A stretch of 64,000 nt of DNA from Lachnospiraceae bacterium. Its GTDB lineage: Bacteria > Bacillota > Clostridia > Lachnospirales > Lachnospiraceae. Positions 57,523 through 64,000 of the stretch are shown here, piece after piece; positions within the stretch are counted from its first letter, which is position 1; every line of letters begins with the position of its first letter. A model generated the notes under the pieces. The model had not been told where the DNA came from and did no database searches. It was given only the letters and a program-made list of their open reading frames with translations. The stretch is taken from assembly GCA_022766245.1 (NCBI GenBank), contig JALEPL010000031.1, forward strand, positions 4,336 to 68,335, written 5' to 3'. A program made the translations under genes and the position numbers.

Positions 57523-58767
57523 TTATGTGTGCTCCAGCATATCTTCAATAAAGATTCCATATCCCTTTGTGGGGTCATTTACGAACACGTGGGTAACAGC
57601 ACCAACCACCTTACCGTTTTGAATAATCGGACTGCCGCTCATTCCCTGTACAATCCCCCCGGTAAGACTCAACAGCTGCGGATCTTTTACCTCAAACAGA
57701 ATACTTTTGTTCTCCTGATTCTCCTGATAATGAATCTCTGTTATGATTATATCGTAACACGCAATCTCCCCATCCACCTGACATAAAATCTGGGCATCCG
57801 AAGTTTCTATCTCCTGTTTATACCCTACCGGATATGTGACACATTGCTTCCACAAACTGCTGGTTTCCTCGATTGCACCATACACTCCTTCTCTGGAATT
57901 CGTCCATATGGTACCCAGTTTGCCCTCCTCCCGATAATTGATTACCCCGGATAACTGCCCCGGTTCTCCTTTACTTCCTTTCACAATATCAATCACCGTA
58001 CTGTCGTACAGATTGCCTTTTGCCACATCCAACTGGACTCCTGTATCTACATCAGAAATACAATGTCCCAGTGCACCGAAATGTCCTGCCTGGTCAATAT
58101 ATGTCAATGTCCCGATTCCTGCCAGATCATCCCGAACCCATGCACCAATCCGATAGACGCCCTCATCATCCGGACGAGGCTGGATATACAGCTGCAACAG
58201 TTCTCCCCTTCGTCGAACAGACAGTACCACGGACTTTCCCTGTGCATCATTGATCGCCTTAATCAAATCCTCTTTGGTTGATATCACGGTATCATCCACA
58301 CCACAAATATAGTCACCGGATTTTAACACATTCAATGATGGCGAATAATTCGTGCTGTTTGCATCAGCCACATCCCCTGTACCCAGCACTAGAACGCCCT
58401 CTGTCTCCACGTAAAATCCAACATTTTCCCCGCTGACCCACAAATCCTGTGAATCCACAATATTCGCAGTCAGGCACTTCACCGGAACCAATCCAAATAG
58501 CTTTGCCGTGAGCTTCACCTGTTCCTGGGAAGAACGGACGATTTGCTGCTGTTGTAATATGGATGCTGTATCAATCACCCGGTCTCCGGAATCTGCACAC
58601 TCAAGCTGCACCGGGACTGAAAATCTTACGTTTGTTAAATTACCATCTTCCAGATACAAATCATCAGGAATCATTTGAAGCATCAGCTGATATGCAAACA
58701 TAAGCCAGACCACAAGCTGTAGCCGAAAAAATTTTACAGACTTTCGTCGTAACCATTCAAAACGCAT
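57523..58767 (-). CDS. spoIVB: SpoIVB peptidase
   Basis: PDZ-like region, WVRD..AGIGTLT, FGALGH, GIVQGMSGSPIIQNGK, AVTHVFVNDPT.GYG. Confidence 0.96.
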   Translation of the reverse strand: MRFEWLRRKSVKFFRLQLVVWLMFAYQLMLQMIPDDLYLEDGNLTNVRFSVPVQLECADSGDRVIDTASILQQQQIVRSSQEQVKLTAKLFGLVPVKCLTANIVDSQDLWVSGENVGFYVETEGVLVLGTGDVADANSTNYSPSLNVLKSGDYICGVDDTVISTKEDLIKAINDAQGKSVVLSVRRRGELLQLYIQPRPDDEGVYRIGAWVRDDLAGIGTLTYIDQAGHFGALGHCISDVDTGVQLDVAKGNLYDSTVIDIVKGSKGEPGQLSGVINYREEGKLGTIWTNSREGVYGAIEETSSLWKQCVTYPVGYKQEIETSDAQILCQVDGEIACYDIIITEIHYQENQENKSILFEVKDPQLLSLTGGIVQGMSGSPIIQNGKVVGAVTHVFVNDPTKGYGIFIEDMLEHT

Positions 58768-58791
58768 ACCTATCCTCCTTTTCTTTAGGAT

Positions 58792-58798
58792 TAGTATG
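58792..58798 (-). promoter_or_regulatory. Forespore sigma (F/G)-type -10 element of spoIVB
   Basis: CATACTA on the minus strand 25 bp upstream of the start; matching -35 is poor. Confidence 0.4.
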
Positions 58799-58814
58799 CG
58801 TTTTTCTAAATAGA

Positions 58815-60500
58815 TTAAATCCGGTTATCCTTAGTATTTTGTGCCAATTCACGCATTTCTCTGGCGCTTTGCATCACCGTATCGGTAATACGGACTCCGC
58901 CAAGCATTCTGGCAAGTTCTGCCACACTCTCAGACTCCTTTAATCTGCGAATGGTGGAAATCGTGGTCTCATTCTGCGCAGATTTTTCGATACAAAAATG
59001 AGCATCCGCCATGGCTGCAATCTGCGGAAGATGGGTAATACAGATAATCTGATGTCCACCGGAAATCAAAAGAAGCTTTTCCGATACTGCCTGAGCCGTC
59101 CTACCACTGATTCCTGCATCAATCTCGTCAAAAATCAAGGTCTCGATTCGGTCATTTTCAGCGAGAACTGTTTTTAGCGCCAGCATAATACGGGAAAGTT
59201 CACCTCCGGAGGCAACTTTTCCCAATGATTTTAATCTTTCTCCCGGATTCATGGCAATCACAAACTCCACATCGTCCCATCCATCACTGCGGATGCTGTC
59301 ACGCTTTTCAAACTGCATCTGGAAACGGACATCCAGAAAATTCAAATCCATCAGATGCGCCCGCACAGCCTCGGTAAGCTTGCCTGCATACTTCCGGCGA
59401 ATTTCACTGATTTTTTCACACATTGATTCCATACAGGTCTGCTTTTCTGTCAATTCCTGCTGAAGCTTTGCCTGATATTCTTCAAAATTCCGAAGTTGTT
59501 CCGCTTTCTTACTTTTATCCTCCAGAGAATTCAAAATATCCGATATACTGTGTCCATATTTGCTTTTCAAATGATTCAATTCATCCAAACGCTGTTCCAT
59601 CTGACGATATTTTTCTTCATCAAACTCTTCCCCATCCAGGTAATCTGCCACTTCCCGGTTCAAATCACCCAGAAGACTATCTATTTCCGACACTTCCTCT
59701 GCCATCTGTCTCAATGCTGCATCATAACCTGATATGGAGTTCAGCTCCCGCAGCGCACAGCTTAACAGCTCCGAGGCACTTGCATTCTGCTGACTGAGAT
59801 ACTGCTGCGCCATCCCTAATGCCTCTAGGATTTTGCGTCCATTCGCCTGCTTTTTGTAGGCCTCTTCCAGCGTTTCATCCTCCCCTACCGTAAGCCCTGC
59901 CTCTTCAATCTCATGGATTTCATACTCCAGCAGAGACAATTCCCGCATCCGGCTTTCCTCGTCCAGAGAGTTTTTGTTTAATTCCCGCAGAATCTCCTGA
60001 TATTCTCCGTACACCTTCTCCAGTTGCTCCTTTAAATCACCCAGAGCATCCTTGGCATACTCATCTAAAATCTGAAGATGATATTGTTTTTTTAAAAGAG
60101 ACTGATGTTCATGCTGTCCATGAATATCAATCAACAGGGAGGACACTTCCCGGACTTTGGATACCGGAACACTTTCTCCGTTGATTTTCGCAATGCTACG
60201 ACCGTTGGCAATCCTTCGACTCAGAATAATCTGATCCTCCTCCGGAAAAATATCCATTTCCTCTAAGGCCGCAACCGTGCCTTTATCCGTCACCTCAAAA
60301 ATCAACTCTACAAACGCATTATCTTCCTGATCCCGCAACATTTCCTTGGGGATCTTCTCTCCCAGTGCAAGATTGATGGATCCGATGATGATGGATTTTC
60401 CGGCTCCGGTTTCTCCGGTTAAAATATTCAAGCCTTCTTTAAAATCCACCTCTGCCTCATCGATGAGTGCTAAATTTTTTACATGTAGATTTCTTAACAT
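58815..60500 (-). CDS. recN: DNA repair protein RecN
   Basis: LTGETGAGKS, IHGQH, coiled coil, ASGGELSR, IFDEID, ITHLPQ. Confidence 0.97.
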   Translation of the reverse strand: MLRNLHVKNLALIDEAEVDFKEGLNILTGETGAGKSIIIGSINLALGEKIPKEMLRDQEDNAFVELIFEVTDKGTVAALEEMDIFPEEDQIILSRRIANGRSIAKINGESVPVSKVREVSSLLIDIHGQHEHQSLLKKQYHLQILDEYAKDALGDLKEQLEKVYGEYQEILRELNKNSLDEESRMRELSLLEYEIHEIEEAGLTVGEDETLEEAYKKQANGRKILEALGMAQQYLSQQNASASELLSCALRELNSISGYDAALRQMAEEVSEIDSLLGDLNREVADYLDGEEFDEEKYRQMEQRLDELNHLKSKYGHSISDILNSLEDKSKKAEQLRNFEEYQAKLQQELTEKQTCMESMCEKISEIRRKYAGKLTEAVRAHLMDLNFLDVRFQMQFEKRDSIRSDGWDDVEFVIAMNPGERLKSLGKVASGGELSRIMLALKTVLAENDRIETLIFDEIDAGISGRTAQAVSEKLLLISGGHQIICITHLPQIAAMADAHFCIEKSAQNETTISTIRRLKESESVAELARMLGGVRITDTVMQSAREMRELAQNTKDNRI

Positions 60501-60578
60501 TTCCTCGCCTTCCTATCATATGTATTGACTCTCCATCCTATCCTTTGTATCACTCTACTCCCTTTTCGGAAAAGGGAG

Positions 60579-61028
60579 TTACTCTAAAAGTCTGCGCAAA
60601 CGCTTCATCAATACAGCAGTCTCATCCACACTGCGCACCGCACACATAATGGTATCATCCCCGGCAATGCTTCCCACAATCTCGTGGAACTTCATGGCAT
60701 CCAACGCAGCCGCCACCGCCATTGCCATCCCGGAAACGGTCTTTATCACAAGAATATTCTGTGCCATATCCATGGAAACAAAACCATCCCGGAAAATGCG
60801 CACAAACTTTTCTGACATCTCACCGCTTTTGTCTGTCAGTGCAACATACTTTTGCCGGCCGTTTTCCGAAGCTACCTTGGTAAGCTTCAGTTCACGGATA
60901 TCACGGGATACAGTGGCCTGTGTCACATGGTAGCCCTGCTCCTCCAGACGCGCAGACAGTTCCTCCTGCGTCTCTATCTCATTTTTTTGGATCAATTCCA
61001 AAATCTTTGCATGTCGCCCTGTTTTCAT
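60579..61028 (-). CDS. argR: Arginine repressor
   Basis: IETQEEL, TQATVSRDIREL, VIKT..G, GSIAGDDTI. Confidence 0.96.
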   Translation of the reverse strand: MKTGRHAKILELIQKNEIETQEELSARLEEQGYHVTQATVSRDIRELKLTKVASENGRQKYVALTDKSGEMSEKFVRIFRDGFVSMDMAQNILVIKTVSGMAMAVAAALDAMKFHEIVGSIAGDDTIMCAVRSVDETAVLMKRLRRLLE

Positions 61029-61056
61029 TATAGTTTTACCTCCTTTCACACTTTTG

Positions 61057-61914
61057 TTACGTGTAGTTTTGCATTTTCTTTCTGAGTATTTCTAAAAAGC
61101 CTATCTTATTCAACTTTAAAATACGGGTAGACATCTGTGCCCGATGCACTACAATCCGGTCTCCCACCCGAAGAGCCGCTCCGGTATCTCCATCGAAGCT
61201 CACCTCTGCCTGTTCGTCCTTCTCACTTCTTCTGGGCTCTATCTCAATAGCAACCTCCGCATCCGCATCGATCACAATACTTTTCGCATTGAGATTATGG
61301 GCATTGATGGGCGTAATTAAAAGCAGGCTGGCCTTTGGATCCACAATAGGTCCCCCTGCCGACATACTATATCCGGTAGAGCCTGTGGGTGTGGCAACAA
61401 TCATGCCATCTGCCAGATAACTAGCCAGAAATTCTCCATTGACATAAACCTTCATACGAAGAATTTGCAGCGCACCCGTTCTATGAATTACCACATCATT
61501 CAGTGCCGTCTCCTCCATGCTCTGCTCACCCTTCACCACAGTATACCCACCCAGCATCATCCGCTCCTCAATGACATATTCATCCCGAAGCAAAGCATCA
61601 ATGGCTTGATACACCGTATTTTCTTCCAATTCACAAAGATATCCCAGTTTGCCCAGATTTACTCCAATCACCGGAAGCTTACGCTCTACAATGTCTCTGG
61701 CAACCCGGATTAATGTTCCATCGCCGCCGATTACAAAAACAGCCTCCACATTTTGCCCAATCCGGTCCGGATCTACCCTTTTTATCCCCTGATTGATACG
61801 ATTAATAAAGTAATCGCAGGTTCCGCCAGCCTGTTCAATATATGTTTTCATTTTTTCGGTAAATTGCATGGCATCGTCTTTCACGCCATTTGCAATAATA
61901 AAAAAATGTTTCAT
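61057..61914 (-). CDS. nadK: NAD kinase
   Basis: GGDGT, NLGKLGYL, ALND, DGMIVATPTGSTGYSMSAGGP. Confidence 0.95.
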   Translation of the reverse strand: MKHFFIIANGVKDDAMQFTEKMKTYIEQAGGTCDYFINRINQGIKRVDPDRIGQNVEAVFVIGGDGTLIRVARDIVERKLPVIGVNLGKLGYLCELEENTVYQAIDALLRDEYVIEERMMLGGYTVVKGEQSMEETALNDVVIHRTGALQILRMKVYVNGEFLASYLADGMIVATPTGSTGYSMSAGGPIVDPKASLLLITPINAHNLNAKSIVIDADAEVAIEIEPRRSEKDEQAEVSFDGDTGAALRVGDRIVVHRAQMSTRILKLNKIGFLEILRKKMQNYT

Positions 61915-62720
61915 GCCTTTTCAGACAATGATGTATGGGCCTGTGTCACAACTGACTTTACATCAATTGTCTCCTCCTTTTTCCCATGTTCTCCCTTTTG
62001 CAAATGCACCAGATACTCGATATTCCCCTCCGGTCCCTTGATGGGGGAGTATTCCATATTAAGCACCCGGAATCCGTTATCACGGGCAAAGCCGATTACC
62101 CGTTCTATCACTTCCTCATGGACTAACGGATCGCGAACCACACCTTTTTTCCCGACCTTCTCCCGGCCAGCCTCAAACTGTGGTTTGATCAGGCAAACCA
62201 TCTCTCCCTGATCCCGCAGAAGCTCTCTAGCCGGAATCAGAACCTTGGTCAATGAGATAAAGGAAACATCCACTGACGCAAAATCCAACACATCTGCGAT
62301 ATCAGCCGGCGTCACGTAACGGATATTCGTTTTTTCCATACAAACTACCCTTGGGTCTGTTCGCAGCTTCCACGCAAACTGTCCATATCCCACATCCACG
62401 GCATACACTTTTTGGGCTCCGTTCTGCAACATACAATCGGTGAAACCTCCGGTGGAGGCACCAATATCCATACAGACCGTATCTTTCAGTGAAATATCAA
62501 AATGATTCATGGCTTTTTCCAGTTTCAGCCCTCCACGGCTTACATATTTCAAGGTACTGCCCTTAACCTCTATTTTTACCTGGCTGTCAAAACTGCTTCC
62601 GGCTTTGTCCTCCCGCTGACCTTCCACGAACACGTTTCCTTCCATGATCATGGTTTTTGCTTTTTCCCGGGAAGAAGCAAGTCCCCGCTGTACTAACAGC
62701 ACATCCAGTCGTTCTTTCAT
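61911..62720 (-). CDS. tlyA: TlyA-family rRNA methyltransferase
   Basis: S4 domain, YVSRGGLKL, DIGASTGGFTD, DVSFISL, LIKPQFE, SPIKGPEGNIEY. Confidence 0.95.
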   Translation of the reverse strand: MKERLDVLLVQRGLASSREKAKTMIMEGNVFVEGQREDKAGSSFDSQVKIEVKGSTLKYVSRGGLKLEKAMNHFDISLKDTVCMDIGASTGGFTDCMLQNGAQKVYAVDVGYGQFAWKLRTDPRVVCMEKTNIRYVTPADIADVLDFASVDVSFISLTKVLIPARELLRDQGEMVCLIKPQFEAGREKVGKKGVVRDPLVHEEVIERVIGFARDNGFRVLNMEYSPIKGPEGNIEYLVHLQKGEHGKKEETIDVKSVVTQAHTSLSEKA

Positions 62721-62769
62721 AATCGTTCTCCATATTTTGTTCTGGTACCATCAGTTTCAGATTTATCGA

Positions 62770-63999
62770 TTAGAAATCCAGCTTCGTATATATATCCTGG
62801 ATACGAGATACAATACTTTCTGCATCCAGTCCCAGCTTCTGTTTTAACTGTTCGATGCTCCCCTGCTCCACAAACTGATCCGGAATGGCAACATTAATAA
62901 CCGGAACATCTAGTGCCAACTCGTTTACAAAAGACAGCACCTGCTGTCCATATCCTCCCGTAATTACATTTTCTTCCAGAGTCACAATCAACCGATAATT
63001 CGAACTGTTCTGCATCATCCACTCCCCATCAAAGGGTTTCACGAAACGAACATTGACAACGGTGGCAGAAATTCCCATCTCATGCAGCTTCTGTCTCACT
63101 GCCACTGCTGTCCGCACCATACTGCCCACAGCCAAAAGCAGCACATCCTGCTCCTCACCAATTATCTCACATAGCCCCAGCCTGATAGGCTCCCGATATT
63201 CCTTCAGTTCATCATACGCCTCGCCCTTAGGATAACGGATGGCAATCGGCCCATCAAAATCCACTGCAAACTTAATCATATCCGAAAGCTCCCATTTATT
63301 TTTGGGAGCCAGAACAGTCATATTGGGAATACTGCCTAAATAGGACAAATCAAAGATTCCCTGATGGGTTTCCCCGTCACTTCCTACCAATCCTGCACGA
63401 TCCACAGCAAAAATCACATGAAGTTTCTGAATACATACATCGTGGAGGATCTGATCATATGCACGCTGTAAAAAAGAAGAATAGATGGCTACAATAGGGA
63501 TCAGTCCCGCTGCGGATAGTCCCGCTGCAAAAGTCACCGCATGCTCCTCTGCGATTCCTACATCGAAAAAACGATCCGGGAACATATTGCGAAACCGCTT
63601 GAGTCCCGTATTGTCCGCCATAGCTGCCGTAATGGCCACAACCTTAGGATTGCGATCTCCCAGCTTGCGCATCACAGTGGAAAAAATATCCGTGTAATTG
63701 GCCTTTTCCTGTCTTACCGCAGGAAGTCCTGTCTCTATTTCAAAGGGATTGGTTCCATGGAATCTGGCCGGATGACGTTCTGCCGGTTCATATCCTTTTC
63801 CCTTCTGGGTTCTGACATGCACAATCACCGGTCCTTCCACCTTCAAGGCTTCCTTAAACATTTTAATCATCGCCTGTACATTGTGACCATCCACCGGCCC
63901 CAAATACAAAATCCCCATATTTTCAAAAAGCATTCCCGGAATAACCAACTGCTTGAGTCCATTTTTGGTGCGTCGAATCCGCTCCACAATTTTATCACC
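62770..63999 (-). CDS. dxs: 1-deoxy-D-xylulose-5-phosphate synthase (5'-partial)
   Basis: Frame open to the window end; GPVDGH, TQKGKGY, DVGIAEEHAV, YSSFLQRAYDQ, DRAGLVGSDGETHQG. Confidence 0.96.
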   Translation of the reverse strand, partial: GDKIVERIRRTKNGLKQLVIPGMLFENMGILYLGPVDGHNVQAMIKMFKEALKVEGPVIVHVRTQKGKGYEPAERHPARFHGTNPFEIETGLPAVRQEKANYTDIFSTVMRKLGDRNPKVVAITAAMADNTGLKRFRNMFPDRFFDVGIAEEHAVTFAAGLSAAGLIPIVAIYSSFLQRAYDQILHDVCIQKLHVIFAVDRAGLVGSDGETHQGIFDLSYLGSIPNMTVLAPKNKWELSDMIKFAVDFDGPIAIRYPKGEAYDELKEYREPIRLGLCEIIGEEQDVLLLAVGSMVRTAVAVRQKLHEMGISATVVNVRFVKPFDGEWMMQNSSNYRLIVTLEENVITGGYGQQVLSFVNELALDVPVINVAIPDQFVEQGSIEQLKQKLGLDAESIVSRIQDIYTKLDF

Positions 64000-64000
64000 A

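Noticed and set aside
60557-60579. Perfect hairpin between argR and recN
   Set aside because: No U-tract in the transcribed direction; probably an ordinary intra-operon stability stem.

Overview
Chromosomal segment of a spore-forming anaerobic Firmicute, most likely Lachnospiraceae/Clostridia (inferred from gene content: spo0A, spoIVB, GGGtGRT pair, DUF5688, desulfoferrodoxin). Most genes are housekeeping and on the minus strand: thrC, leuCD with a divergent LysR, ilvNC, a MetY-type sulfhydrylase, GH42 beta-galactosidase, topB, asd, argH, queH, glgA, the dxs-tlyA-nadK-argR-recN-spoIVB-spo0A block, and tRNA-Thr(CGT). The best candidate for an undescribed system is a tightly packed minus-strand operon (about 7978-20198) that looks like a Dlt-type acyl-transfer pathway rewired for a D-acidic amino acid. 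It encodes an Asp/Glu racemase, a stand-alone adenylation enzyme whose pocket reads as acid-selective rather than D-Ala-selective, a carrier protein, a lipoprotein, an MBOAT with a fused DltX-like FIYNQF tail, an SGNH/DltD-like protein with Cys in place of the catalytic Ser, and an asparagine synthetase. It is flanked by a transglutaminase-like surface protein, a VanW protein and a DD-carboxypeptidase. Other points of interest: a family of at least 12 short hairpin repeats (two complete 133-bp copies with terminal inverted repeats, one compensatory base-pair change, one candidate target duplication); an MshEN-CheX-like fusion; an ECF-S-component/beta-propeller/HD-GYP receptor paired with a transporter-less BMP protein; several apparent pseudo-enzymes (dead-HNH AP2 protein, CbiET-like protein, AAA-nuclease coupled to topB); and a decayed LRR/cell-wall-binding gene. 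All calls come from reading motifs by eye; no database search was run. No CRISPR array, rRNA, intact transposase or integrase was seen.
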